Part shown: in pieces, positions 37,271 through 50,150 of the stretch | Layout of the letters: the number at the start of each line of letters is the position of its first letter | Numbering within the stretch: the stretch's first letter is position 1 | Origin: Callorhinchus milii | Lineage: Eukaryota | Direction: 5' to 3' | Length of the DNA stretch: 64,000 nucleotides | Assembly: GCF_018977255.1 (NCBI RefSeq) | Contig: NW_024704743.1 | Span: 100,256,001-100,320,000, forward strand | Translations under genes and position numbers: made by a program | Notes under the pieces: model-generated | Database searches by the model: none | Seen by the model: the letters and a program-made list of their open reading frames with translations, nothing else | Told to the model about the DNA's origin: nothing

Positions 37271-39459
37271 GATTATTATTATTATATTACAATATCATTA
37301 CTACACTGAAGCCTACATAGCTATACTGAGCTTTGCTTCGTCATCAGTAAGAACGGATTTTGGGGCATATGGGCTGGATATACTGACTGGATTTCAATAT
37401 TTCTCTTTTATTTCACATCGTCTCAAAAAACCCCATTCCACAATGCACCAGGCATGACCTTGTTCATTATGCTTTCTATATTTCCAAACTCACAACTGGT
37501 TTGCAGTAATTTGTTTTTGCTCTGACCAGTTTGAGAAGAAACCTAACAGGTTGTTCTGTATCACTTTGAGAACTGGATTTGGATTTGAACAATTTACAAG
37601 CTGTTCTGGTTCCAAAGGTGCAGAGTAACTGTGACTTATAGCCCAACAGCAGCAGAAAAGGTCACGTGTTGCTCGCCAGAAGATGTGTCTTGTACCTCAG
37701 TTAAATCTCCTCTGCGCTGCTCTTCAATCGCTAGCTATCTTGAGGAAAAGGTTAACTTCTTTGGCTCACTTTTCTCCTCTAAATTGAGCCTTGGTTAGGA
37801 AATCTCCTTCTAATGCTCTGTTCTGCTGCACCTCTAAGATTGTAATTTTGTCACAGTAAAAAGGTCAAACATCATATAAATCAGCAAGAAGCATGAAAGG
37901 TTATGGATATTGTTTTGAGGTAATCAACCTACTCTGGTTTTGCTATATCTTTGTATAAAGACAACAAGCATTCAAAGTCTACCAATAGCCATCTGACCTA
38001 AACACTGCTTTGACTGATCACCACTATAACGTTGGAACCACTTTGTTTGGCCATCCAAAAAAGTAAACAGTACAGGAATAGTTCTGTTACACATGAATGC
38101 TTTACTGTTTAGAAAATAATTTGTTTTACTTTCAAATCCATTCATATTAATGTGCTTTTTGCACATTCTAATTTCTCACCCCTTCTCCTGAAAGCTGAGA
38201 CTATGGCCTGAGAATAAGGCAGCGTTTTACAACCTTGCCCCAAGTACCATTCTACATGTGTAAGCCCAGATGGTGAGTCTCAATTGACTTTTGACATGTT
38301 GGGCATCACAGCTGCGCCAGTTCACCTGACAACCAACCATGTATACTTTCCGGCAGGGGAAATCTAGATCAGATAAATGATCCTTTGCCCTGAGTTAACC
38401 TGAAATTATCTCATGCTTATTTAACTTAAACACCAAATAATTCTTTGCCATGTAATACATGAATGAAATTTGAATTGAAATTTAAAAAAAAGAGACCATT
38501 TCTAGAAATTTCCATTCATTACATCACTAATTGACAAAATTCCAATAACAAAATGACAGCGAATGTTAAGGAAAAATTTAGAAAATGTTACTCTACCTCA
38601 ACTCAAATCCCGCCCCATAACCTCTGTTGGAAGATTAATAATAAAAACCCTTGCATTTGATATAGTGCCTTATCACATCATTGAAATGACTCAAAGAGCT
38701 TCGCAGGATTTATTGTGGAGTGAAATTTTGGAGGCATCAACAAAAAATTACACTTGTATAGCTCCCTTGCCATCGGAAAGACATCCCAGGGTGCTGGATT
38801 TATGCACAGGAATGTCTCACAGCCATGAACTGAAATGACCAATTTTATCAGTAGAATTGCAGGCGCAGATGCCAAGAGGGAGAAACTCCCTTCTCTCTTT
38901 TTGAATAATATCATGGAATATTTAATGTCCACCTGAACAGGCACAGGAGGTCATCTGACTCGGAGGTTAGAGAGTCCTATCAAACTGATTCAGGCTGACA
39001 TCTAACTATAAGAGGGATGCAATACCTCAGTAAGTCTTAACAACAACAAATTACATCAAGAGGACGTTCCAAGGTGCTGGGACAACCTAAACAGTTACAC
39101 ATTCAGCCTAATCACTTCAAAATTGTTTTAGTAAATACCTACAAAAAGGAAAAGGTTTGGTTATGAAAAGCATTTGTTATGGCTGCTGGTATTATCTGAC
39201 TTTTTTTAACTAAAGTTTATGGGGTGATGTGTATGTTTGACCCACTAAATCCAAGCCTGCAGCTGGAGAGAAACTGCGAAAGATTCTCCAAGCATTACTT
39301 ATATGGTTAAATCAGGAAGCAGCTCTTGAAATGAACCAGACAACCCATTCAAGTTCAAGATTCCTTCTCTGTTTATGTCTTATTGAACAGCCTACACTAG
39401 CATGGGTCTTGTCCTGAGAAATGGTTTCCATCAGATTAAAGGCAGAGTTTCAAAACAAA

Positions 39460-39545
39460 TAGGAGGAAATTCTACCTTGGTCTAGATTCATTCCAGTCAT
39501 GCAACATTTCAGAGGCATGCAGAATTTGGCAAATTCTTCAAATAA
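39460..39545. mobile_element. Palindromic MITE-like element, one arm only
   Basis: gaaattctaccttggtctagattca..atttcagaggcatgcagaatttggcaaattcttcaa matches the left arm of 17703-17935. Confidence 0.6.
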
Positions 39546-40550
39546 ATTTTACTGCAAAGCGAAATTACTGTGTATTGTGTGGGTAAATACAGCAGCCAAT
39601 TTGTGCGTAGGAATGTCCCACAAACAGTCCATGAAGTGAAATGACAAATTTATCAGGAGGATTGTTGGATGAAACTGAGTTGCCAAAAATTTGGATGCTC
39701 TGAAACAGTGTTTTCTACATAAATAAGAGTCTACACCAGATGAAATGTCACCCCCAATGTGTTTTAGTAAAGTGCAATCCACGTGATAAATATTTTTTGA
39801 GTACTTTTATTTAAGAAGCAACAAATCTTTAAAAGTTTGCATAAAACCAACCAAGAGTTAATAATGCAAACCTCCATTTATAAAGCAGCAAAGACAGATT
39901 TGTTTGTGAGATCAGATGCAAACGTGTTGTTAGGAATAGAAGGTATCAAACATCACCAAGGAAGACAAAAAACTCTGCAAAAGGTAAAGAAAATAAACTA
40001 TGAATGCCACGATAATGTTTTCTCACAAATATTATTCAGCTGTAGGCTGATTATCTCACTGCTGCATAATGAATGTCTTTTTGTTGCTGCACACATAAGC
40101 AGTCTGTTTGTGATGGTACAATCAGGGATGCACTGCTTTCTATATCAACATTAATGTTGTTGCCGTTTGTGAATGATAACCTCGGGAGCAGAACTGGAAA
40201 AAATGTTAGTGAAAAATTTGTAATATTATCCAAGTGGGAACAAGGTGCCTTGCACTCAGATCTCAAATTGTACGGCAGCCTAACTGACTGGGAAATACCC
40301 CGAGGTCATAACGCAACCACAGAAGCTCAGGCAGCAGAGCTAATGGGATATTCAGCAGTGTATCAGGTACTTTTCTCAGCCACCCACCACCCACAAGGTG
40401 CTCCAAATCACATACTGTACTGACAGCCACACCTTTTGGTGAATCATCTTCTCCACAGTGTGGAAATAGAAGGTTTGCAGCCAGACATTAAAGCAGCAAT
40501 TGTAATACTTACAAAATACTTTCTGTGGTACTATTCATGGCTGCATCACT

Positions 40551-41262
40551 AACAACCACAACAACAACAACAAGATTACATTTGTATAGCGCCTTGCATG
40601 TCAGGAGGATGTCCCAAGGCGCTGGACAGAGTACAGCATTTCAGACCCGAGCTGGGGTTGGTGGGGAAGGGAGGGGAGGGGAAGGGGGTTGGCCGATCGC
40701 ATGGTCGAAGAGAAGGGTCGTGAGGCGGGACTTGAAGGAGGCTAAGGAGGGGGCGAGGCGGAGTGCTGGGGGATGGAATTCCAGAGGTTGGGGACAGAGT
40801 GACTGAAGGCTCTCCCGCCAAAGGTGGGGCAGGTGGGTTGGCGGACATGGAGCAGGCCAGAGCCGGCTGAGTGGAGGGAACGGGAGGTTTGGTAGGGGTT
40901 TATTTAGGAGGTTGCAGAGGTAGGGTGGGGCGAGGCCATGGAGGGCTTTGTATGTGAGGACCAGGATCTTGAACTGGATCCTCTGAAGGATAGGGAGCCA
41001 ATGGAGTCAGGCGAGAGTGGAGGAGATGGGGTCACAGAGTTTGGTGCGGGAGAGGACATGGGGTGCAGAGTTCTGGATTATGGAGGAAGGAGTTGGGAAG
41101 GCCGACAAACAGGATATTTGCATAGTCGAGCCTGGAGGTGATGAAGGCATGAACAAGAGTTTCAACGGTGAGGTAGTGGCGGAGTTGGGCGATGTTACGT
41201 AGGTGAGGGAAGCCAGAGCGGGTAATGGCTTGAATGTGGGGAGAAAAGACAGTTGAGGGCTA
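40551..41262 (-). mobile_element. L2 LINE 3' fragment
   Basis: (aac)n tail then gattacatttgtatagcgcc..; nearly identical to 56765-57244. Confidence 0.9.
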
Positions 41263-43311
41263 GAAAAGACTAAGTTAGATGGATGCACTCTTGTGTCCAG
41301 TGCTTGGAACGACAAAGACAGCTTGAATTTATATAGCATCCCTTGCGTTGGATAACTTTGGGGAGTGCTTCACAAAGATGGGGTTGGATGCTAATCAAAG
41401 AAGGGGGGAGGGAGAGATGACCAGCTAAGCAGATATACAACAAATGAGCAAATAGACAGCTGAGCAGATACACAGCTGAGTAGATAGTTATATAACAACC
41501 TGCTGTATTGCAGACCAGATAGAAACCAGCAAAGAATCTGTTTTTTCTTAATGTCGAAACTGAAGCATATTATTGATGAGGATGAGCAGTGGGACCTTTA
41601 TTCTGCCACTGTTTGTGCTTCACCTAAGATAGGAGTTCTAAAGGCGAATCTGAGTGCCCAAAATGGGAAAGTAATAATAATAATAATCCTTGCATTTGAT
41701 ATAGCACTTTTCACGTCTTCTTGACGTCTCAAAGCGCTTCACAGAATATGCTGTAAAGTGCTGTAAAAGACTGTATATTTATGTGCAAAAGTCCCATTGA
41801 CTCCCTTGTTCACAGCATATTTCACGATGTACCTCTTTGTCCAAGCTTCAGTCATCTTTCCCCTCAAACCCCTCTTGGATCCCACCCCCATCTCGGGTAC
41901 CTATCCAGTATTGCGAATCGAATTGGGGTCAGTTTGCCTAAGTGAAAGGTGCTACATGAATGAAAATTATATTGTACGTCTTTTGTTTCCCTTCAGATTT
42001 TACAAGCGTAAGATTCACTAAAAGTAGTGTATCCTCAGTGGATACAATAGCAAGGATTTTATTTTAGCTGAAATTCATAAAATAATCATTTTAAGGTTAC
42101 CTTGCCATTAAAATTGTTGAAAATAAAACTGAGCAATTTGGAAACATAGGTATTGCATCACTGATACATGCCATTCAAACCATCAAGGCTAAGGTGATGC
42201 TGTGTGCGTTCATTTCAATTCATTGCTTTGGCTGAGCTATGGTTACATTGCCTTTACTGGAGTCATGCACAGCAAATGTGGGTGTGTCAAAATGCAGCTA
42301 TGTCTCAATCCATCTTTATTCCTCTATAATACTAAAAATAAAATAGATTTGTTCATTAGGTTAAAAATATGGCAACTCTATACATATTGTGAGAATTATT
42401 TGAAAAGAATATGAAGGTATAATCCCTGATTAAAACCCCACTTGCATTTGTAAGCTACTGCACTGTTCCAAAGTAAGAGATACAATTACCATGTGGCTAA
42501 GAACAGAAGATAAAGTAGCAATGGGAGGATGGGGTGCGGGGGGGGGGGGGTAAATTCTAAAAAGAAACGCTATGGCATATGCATATATATCATGCTGCAT
42601 GAAGCTTTTAAAAAAAACAATATCACAAGAGAAATGCAGTTCAGAATATATAGCAGAAGCCATCTGCCAGATTTCCTCTCAGGCAGCAATGTTTTTAGAA
42701 GCGTAAGATTTTAAAATGTGAAATGGCAAAGACCCCTGTAAGGGGTAGAGGCAGCTGTTTCAAACAAGGCCTCATTGATTCAGAGCATCTGATATCATCT
42801 TACCTCTGCAGTCCCGCAAAAAGATTTTATCAGCTGTTGAAGAAAGCATTTTAAAAGGTTCTTTTTCATAAAGCTTTATATTTCCCAAATCCCTATAATA
42901 GATTAGTGGCCTCATAAGGGATTATGAAAGCAGTTTACATCACTTGTCTGGCCTTTAGCCTTCTGTAATAATGGTGTTGAAAACTACATTCTATGGTAAG
43001 ATGTAGGACAGAGTAACCTGAACTAATCTGTCTCCCATAACAGCTATTTGACATTAGAATTGGGAGGAGGGGCAAAGTGGACGGGGAGTCCTGGGAGGGA
43101 AGAGGGAGTTCTTTCATAGGAGAGCAAGATGGGTGTCAGCCTGGCTCAGTCAATAGCATTCTCACCTCTGAGCCAGAAGGTTGTTGGTTCAAGCCCCACA
43201 TGAAGAGTTGGAACTCATATAGTTCAAGATGACAATCCAATGTAGTGCTGGAGGTGTTCTGCTTTGCAGTCACTTCTGGGAAAGGTTTTTGGTAACTCCT
43301 ACCAATGTTAT

Positions 43312-43665
43312 TCCCTACCAACCTGCCCGCTCCCTCCGTTCATCGGGCTCTGGCCTGCTCCATGTCTCCCGCCCGACCCACCCTACCATCAGTGACCGGG
43401 CTTTCAGACTTTCTGCCCCCACACTCTGGAACTCCATCCCCCGGTCCCTTCGCCTCGCTTCCTCCCTTGCTTCCTTCAAGGCCGGTCTCAAGACCCCTCT
43501 CTTCGACCGTGCCTTTGGTCTCCCTCCCACCTCTCTGCCTTCCCTCACCCCTACACCACCCCTCCCATGCTCGGGCCCCGACACCTGACTGTTCAGTGCT
43601 TTGGGACGTCCTCCCGACGTGAAAAGCGCTCTATAAATGTAATTTTGTTGTTGTTGTTGTTGTTG
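43312..43665 (+). mobile_element. L2 LINE 3' fragment
   Basis: PYQPARSLRSSGSGLL..LWNSIP..FKAGLKT; tail gggacgtcctcccgacgtgaaaagcgctctataaatgtaatt(ttg)n. Confidence 0.9.
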
Positions 43666-43885
43666 TAATAAAATCTCCACCAGAGCAAAAAATAGAAACT
43701 AAGTGTAAAAGCTCAGCTTTAGCTGAAGTTTTGTCAGTCAGAATTATCCAACTCATGTTAAGATAAAGGGAAATCCTATGAGTATTGACGTCACTTTACA
43801 CGTAAGCAGAGTCAGGGGTCCATTTAATAAACCAACTCCAGTGTGCGTGGAATTTGCACTCACTGGGAGAAGGTTTTATCGGTTA

Positions 43886-44260
43886 ACCTGGCTCAGTTGG
43901 TAGCAGTCTCGCCTTTGAGTCAGAACTACATTAAGCATTATATTGAGATTCTGATCTTATACTGATTTTTATACTCCAGTGTAACGCTGGGGACTACATA
44001 ATTCTCATAGGTGTTATCTGAGGTCCAGTCTGCTTGTTCAGGTAGGTGTGAAAGATCCTATGGCACTATTCAATAAGAGAAAGGAAGTTTCTGCAGGTGT
44101 CCTTGTCAACAATCCTCCAAATAAAAAGAATGATGATTCACTACTTGGCTGTTTGTAGGACATTGCTGTGTGTAAATTAGCTGCAGCATTTGCTGACAAA
44201 TCCACAATCGCGCTTTGAGGCATTTCAATATAATAATGCTCATTATCAAATGAAAGGATT
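43886..44260 (+). mobile_element. Deu-domain SINE, decayed
   Basis: cctggctcagttggtagcagtctcgcctttgagtcagaa..gtctgcttgttcaggtaggtgtgaaagatcctatggcactattc. Confidence 0.75.
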
Positions 44261-44548
44261 AAAATATAAAACTACACGGATTGTGCTTTTTCGCAACCCA
44301 GTGAATTTCAATTACTAAACATCATCAAAAGCATTCTGTAGGAGATGCATTAAAAAAAACTTTGGCAAATTTAGATATTTCCCCACGATTATATCGAATA
44401 AATATACTGACATTATACGTAGGCAAACGAAAACAGCACAAGAAGGATGCTGTTTTTAGCAACACATGCTGGATTCTCAAACACTTATTTTACACGGGTG
44501 ACCATAATTTGCTTTAAAGTTATTTAATAAAAGTCTATGGCCACTTAC

Positions 44549-44967
44549 TTTCTTCAGGAAGCTCATTGTCTTGTTCTTCTCTTTCCATCTGTTGGCACCA
44601 TGCATCCATCCGCTGCTTCTCAGCCTGAAGCAGCTTCATGAACCACCGTCCGTCCCTTTGACATATTGACCTCTGGCCTGCTTCCACTTCAGCAACAGAC
44701 ACTGAGTCGATCCAAGGCTCGGGAGGCGGAAGAAAGGAAGGATCAAATTCTGGGGCAAAGTCAACGTCCTGTGCACAGGCCTGGAGCTGGCACGCCTCAG
44801 CCCCCTGAATGGCAGCTGTGGATGTACTTGCATCTTTAGAGTGTTGCCTCAGCATTGGATTCACGACCACTTCCTGGGGTTCATGCAAGTCTTCTACCTT
44901 CTTCTGAGCATCCAGGTCTGCCTGGACTGCTGCCGCCACACTGTTTGACCGAGTAAACTTACGAAAG
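44549..44967 (-). CDS. DLGAP1: DLGAP coding exon, 419 nt, phase 2-1
   Basis: tttttttctgccttag|C..GAA A|gtaagt; FRKFTRSNSVAAAVQADLD..FDPSFLPPPEPWIDS..CQRDGRWFMKLLQAEKQRMDAWCQQMEREEQDNELPEE. Confidence 0.95.
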
Positions 44968-45324
44968 CTAAGGCAGAAAAAAATATAGCAATGAAGAAAC
45001 AAAGATCCAAAGAGAGACTTTTAATAACATGCTCAAAATTCATTAACTGTAAAATCATATTGGCTAACTGACTGCCAAGAAAACCATATCAGAGCCTCTG
45101 GATGACTCATATCGCCTGGTGTTGTACTGAACCTTGCAGAAAGGCAAGGTCCCAGGTCTGATTCCTAGCTTGTGGCTAAGAAGGAAGGAGGGAAAAAACA
45201 AGCTAGTCAGTCTCAATTGCTCTATTGATAAGGTTAATGCTCATTTGTGAAACTGAGCCACATAGGTTCAGAAGCTTTCATTTGATCATTAGTCAGTGCT
45301 GATTTCACTCATCTCACTCATCTC

Positions 45325-46860
45325 ATAGGATCATAGAATTATATCGCATAGAAGGTGGCTATTCGACCATCGTGTCTGTGTTGGCTATTTGAAAAAAGCT
45401 ACCACATCAATTCCACTCCCCTACTCTTTCCCCATAGCCCTGCAAACTTGTCGTCCCCAAATAATTATCTACATCTCTCTTAAAAGTTGTTATCGAATCG
45501 ACTTCCACCACTCTTTCAGGCAATGCATTCCAGATCCAAACAATGCGGTATGTGAAAAAATGTCTCCTCATCTCCTCTCTGTTTCCTTTAACAACTATTT
45601 TAAATTGGTGTCCTAACCCACCCATCAGTAGAAATAGTTTCTCCTTGTTCACCCTATCGGATGGCCTCATAATTTTGAAAAATTCTATTAAATCTCCTCT
45701 TAATGTTCTATGCTCCAAGGAGAATAACCCTAGCTTCTCTAGCCTCTCCTCATAACTGAATTCCCTCATTCCTGGTACCATTCTGGTAAATCTCCTTTGC
45801 ACCCTCTCCAATGCGTTGACATCCTTCCCAAAATGTGGTGGCCGGAACTAAACACAGTATTCTAGCTGAGGCCTAACCAGTGTTTTATAAAGGTTCATCA
45901 TAACTTCCTTACTTTTGCATTTTATGCCCCTATTTATAAAGCCTAGTATCCTGTATGCTTTTTTAGCAGCTTTATCTGTCTGTCCTGCCACCTTCAAAGA
46001 TTTACTTATATGAACCCCCGGGTCTCTCTGTTCTTTCACCCACTTTAAGATTGTACCATCAGCTTATATTGCTTCTCCTCATTCTTCTGACCAAAATGCA
46101 TCACTTCACATGGAGTCCTGCAGCTCAGTAGTTAGAGCGCTCGCTTTGCAAGTGAGAGACCTGAGTTCAATTCCAGGCAGGTCAGGGCGAAACCTTGGCC
46201 AAGTTTCCTTATTCCACACGCCTAATAATAATCCCTCCAAAACAAGACAACAATAAATTGGTCATTTTCAATCTACGACTGTTTGTGGGACATTGCTGTG
46301 CGCAATTGGCTGCCGCGTTCCCGGGTTTATCCTTTTGCCACATTTTGTACACAGGAGTAACATTTGCACCCTCCAGTCTTCTGGCACCCTTCTGGTTGGT
46401 ATCCAAGGAGGATTGAAAGATTGTAGCCACAGCCTCCGCTATTTCCACCCTTACTTCCCTCAGTAACCTAGGATGCATCCCGTCTGGGCCGGGTGACTTA
46501 TCTACTTTGAACATCGTCAATCTTTTTAGTACCTCCTCTCAGCCTATTCTTATCCTATCCAATTTCTCTACCCTCTCCTCCGATACTGAGGCATTGGCTA
46601 CATCCTCCTCTTTTGTGAAGACAGATGCAAAGTACTCATTCAATACGTCAGCCATGCCCTCTGCCTCCAAAAGGAGATTTCCTCTTTGGTCCCTAATTGG
46701 ACCCACCCTACATATGACTAACCTTTTATTCTTTATATGCATATAAAATACCTTATAAAATACCCTTTTATGTTACTCGCTAATCTTTTCTCATACAATC
46801 TCTTTGCCCCTCTTATTTCCTTTATCAATTCTCCTCTGAACTTTCTATTTTCTATTTGAT
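45325..46860 (-). mobile_element. CR1 LINE fragment with internal deletion and nested SINE
   Basis: ORFs encode ERVQRRFTRMVPG..SYEERLEKLGLFSLE, YKTLVRPQLEYCV, KSPGPDGMHPRLLRE and LNEYFASVFT; CR1-type (ctatga)n tail at about 45325. Confidence 0.92.
46112..46320 (+). mobile_element. tRNA-derived SINE, 3'-truncated, inside CR1
   Basis: Matches the family from ggagtcctgcagctcag to ggctgccgcgttc, then switches abruptly to CR1 sequence. Confidence 0.9.
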
Positions 46861-46941
46861 TATCTTCTATATTTTGGACCTGAATGTTACAACTGATCTC
46901 AGCAAATCTGAGTTCGGAGATGGAAAAAAAATCAAGTTTGT

Positions 46942-47241
46942 GGAGTCCTGTAGCTCAGTGGTTAGAGCACTCGCTTTGCAAGCGAAAGACCTGAGTTCAA
47001 TTCCAGGCAGGGCGAAACCTTGGGCAAGTTTCCTTACTCCACACGCCTAATAATAATCCCTCAAAAAAAACAATAATAAATTGGTCATTTTCAATCTACG
47101 ACTGTTTGTGGGACATTGCTGTGCGCAATTGGCTGCCGCGTTCGCCCACAAATATACAGTCAATTCACTTTACAGTGTGTTCTGTGAAGCGCTTTGGGAC
47201 GTCCTCCCGACGTGAAAAGCACTATATCAAATGCAAGGATT
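46942..47241 (+). mobile_element. Young tRNA-derived SINE, full length
   Basis: ggagtcctgtagctcagtggttagagcactcgctttgcaagcg..aaatgcaaggatt. Confidence 0.92.
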
Positions 47242-47275
47242 AAGTTGACTTCCTGGTCAAATTCAAGCAGGTACC

Positions 47276-47625
47276 ACAACAACAACAAAATTACATTTGC
47301 ATAGCGGCTTTCATGTTGGGAGGATGTCCCAAGGTGCTGGACAATCAGTTATTCGGACGTGAGCTGGAGGTCAGGATCGGGGAGTGTGGAGAGCAAGGGG
47401 GGAAGAAGGGTGACCGAAGGCATGGTCGAAGAGGAGGGTCTTGAGGTGGGTCTTGAGGGAGGCAAGGGAGGAGGCGAGGAGGAGGAGGGTCTGTGGGATG
47501 GAATTCCAAAGGGTGGGGGCAGAGAGGCAGGAGGCTCACCCGCCAATGGTGGGGTGGGTGAGGCGGGGGATGTGAAGCAGGCCGGAGCCCGCTGAGCGGA
47601 GGGAGCAGGCAGGTTGTTAGGGGGC
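47276..47625 (-). mobile_element. L2 LINE 3' fragment
   Basis: (caa)n tail then aattacatttgcatagcggc; body matches the other L2 copies. Confidence 0.88.
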
Positions 47626-47631
47626 ACTTCA

Positions 47632-47679
47632 TGGCCATATCTGCTTACATGCAGTTACATATGTAAGCAGATATGGCCA
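47632..47679. repeat. Perfect 19-bp inverted repeat with 10-nt loop
   Basis: tggccatatctgcttacat-gcagttacat-atgtaagcagatatggcca. Confidence 0.95.
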
Positions 47680-49404
47680 CAAAGTTAAGCAGATATGCCA
47701 CAGATTCACAAATTCAAATTAAAAGTGTTTGCACATTAATCCTATAAGCAACGAACTTGGTGAAATCAATCAACAGACTCAGCAACTGCATGCAGGTGTC
47801 CCAAAAAAATTCAAGGATGGGATACTTTGTGTGGGAAATAAGAACCCGGTGGCTGAATACAAATGGCTCGATTGAAAACAAATGTTAATAAGCAACGGGA
47901 TGGCTTAACAGTGGAAGGTCACGATATCCATAATCTTTCCCTCAGCCCAGTGGTAGGGCACATTGTAAGCAGCTACATTTAACTCTTGCTGAATGAAGTC
48001 AGGAAATGTTGATGTAAAATATATTTATTTCCCTTTATTCAAAATCAGGCAGGCTTGTGTAAAATAAACCATCTGACCCATTCACCTACAAAATACACAG
48101 TGACTACACTTTACAGTAAAATCCTGTGAAAAGCTTTGTGGTAAACTGGACACTCAAACAATAATAATAATCCTTGCAATTGATATTGCACCTTTCATAT
48201 CAGGATGACATCCCCTGTGCAGTGTTGGTAATGTGCACACATCAATGTCCTGCAAACAGCCTTGAAGTGAATCATAGGTTTACCTGGAAGAAAGTGTGGG
48301 GGGGAGGTAGTTCAAGAGGGCGGGAAGATTTGACTGAAGGTGAGCTCTAGTGGATGGCTGAAAGCTTGGCTGTCGATGATGTAGTGAAGGGAGAAGGGGA
48401 CGTGCGTTGGTTCTGAGCTCAAAGCAGAGAACTGATAACCCTTACTTCTAGCTTACTTCATGAACATTGTAAAGAAAAAACTGTGATTTAATTGCCCACA
48501 CTGTTGTTAGTTTAATGAAGTTCATTACAGGGATTTGGAGCATTGATGATGATAATAATAATAATTTTCCTTGCATATGGTATAGCTCTTTTCAAGTCAA
48601 GAAGATGTCCCAAAGCCTTCAGGATATTGTGTAAAGTGAAGTGACTGTGCTTTGTGGGCGAATGCGGCAGCCAATTTGCACAAAGCAATGTCCCACAATT
48701 ATACAGACATGGAGTGAATAACCAATTTTTATTTGGGAAATTGTTAGCCTGGACTCCCTTCTCTTTTTAAATAGTGCTTTGGGATCTTTAACATCCACCT
48801 GGCCTCGGTTTAATGTCTCATCTGAAAGTTGAACAATTGCAAATTTAAATCTTTCAATATAGGATCTCGCCAAAATAGCAGCAATGAAACTACTATTTGT
48901 CTCAATTACCCTGGATCAGGGGAGGATAGGATAGGAACGGGATGCCACCCCATTCCTTCTCCGCTCCCCCACCCCCCCAATTAGCAGCCTGCCAACAATT
49001 TATTTCAAGGCTCACGGATAAAGAATGGTCATTTGGATGAAGAACTGGTGAACAGCCAGTGCCCTTGGAACATTTGAGTAGATATCAATGTATTCAGGAA
49101 ACGAGGGGAGAAAAATGGACAGAAGGAGGAGGGGGAAGGGGTTGGGTTGATGATAGAGAATACAAAAATAAAATACCTTTTGAGTACTGAATGTCCTGTT
49201 CAGGTCCAAAATATGCATATCAATGTTAATCATAAAAAAATTGTGTATAGAAACTTTTTCACCACGTGATCCAAGTGAACAGTATTGAGAATCAGAAAGT
49301 TTGCCAATCGCAAGTTTGTCAATCGGGTTTCTTTTTAAAAGTTATGAGAAGAACCTTACAATAAACACATAAAAATGTTTCACAATACCTGTACGACGTT
49401 ACCA

Positions 49405-50150
49405 TAACAACAACTAGCATTTAAATAGCGTCCTTCACGTGGGGTAGTGCCCTGGAGTTTGACCTTGAGCCAGGGGGAGAGGGAACCAGGAGGTGACCGT
49501 TAGCATGAACAAAAGGGAATGTCTTTAGGTGGGTAACTGAATGTAGGGAGGAAGGGAACAAGGCGGAGGGATTCAAGAAGAGTTTCAGGGTGTCGTGGCT
49601 GAAGGCACTGCCATTGATGGTGGAATGGAGGAGACGAAGGACAAAAAGGAAGCCGGATGCAGTGGATGGTGGAATGAGGGGTAAGCAGATTGGATAGCTA
49701 GGGAGGTGCGAGGGCATGAAGGGATTTGGAAACGAGTGAGAGGATCCTGAAATCGAGCCATTCGGTAATTGGGAGCCAGTGGAGCCTGGTAAGGACTGGA
49801 GTGATGGGGTACAGAATTTTGTGTGGCTGAGTATCTGGGCGGCTGAGTTTTGAATTAATTGAATTTTGTGTATGGTGAAGCTGGGGAGGGCATCGGAATA
49901 GTCCAGCTGGGAAGTGATGAAGGTGTGGATTAGGGTTGCGGCTGAGTTGGTTGTGAGTCCTTAACCTCTGGAATTCCCTACCTCCATCCTCTCTTTATCT
50001 GTCTTTAAGTCCCACCTTAACACCCACCGCTTTGATCGTGCCTGTAGTCACCTCCCCCTCCCTTTCTCAGTGTTCAACCCTGCCACTGTGCAGCACTCTG
50101 GGATACTCTCCTGTGTGAAAGGCACTATATAAATGCAAGTTATTGTTGTT
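49405..50150. mobile_element. Two older L2 fragments, head to head (about 49405-49945 on -, 49960-50150 on +)
   Basis: L2-type tails at both outer ends; ggatcctgaaatcgagcc..gggagccagtggag and ctctggaattccct..tttaagtcccacctt motifs. Confidence 0.7.

Noticed and set aside
37690..37840. Minus-strand exon-like segment in a DLGAP intron
   Set aside because: Reads as decayed CR1 (ggagatttaactgaggtacaag, RGDL.EV-like); the flanking DLGAP exons already join in phase.
45407..46742. Minus-strand ORF cluster as a functional reverse transcriptase
   Set aside because: Fragmented CR1 with stops, frameshifts, a nested SINE and loss of the RT core.
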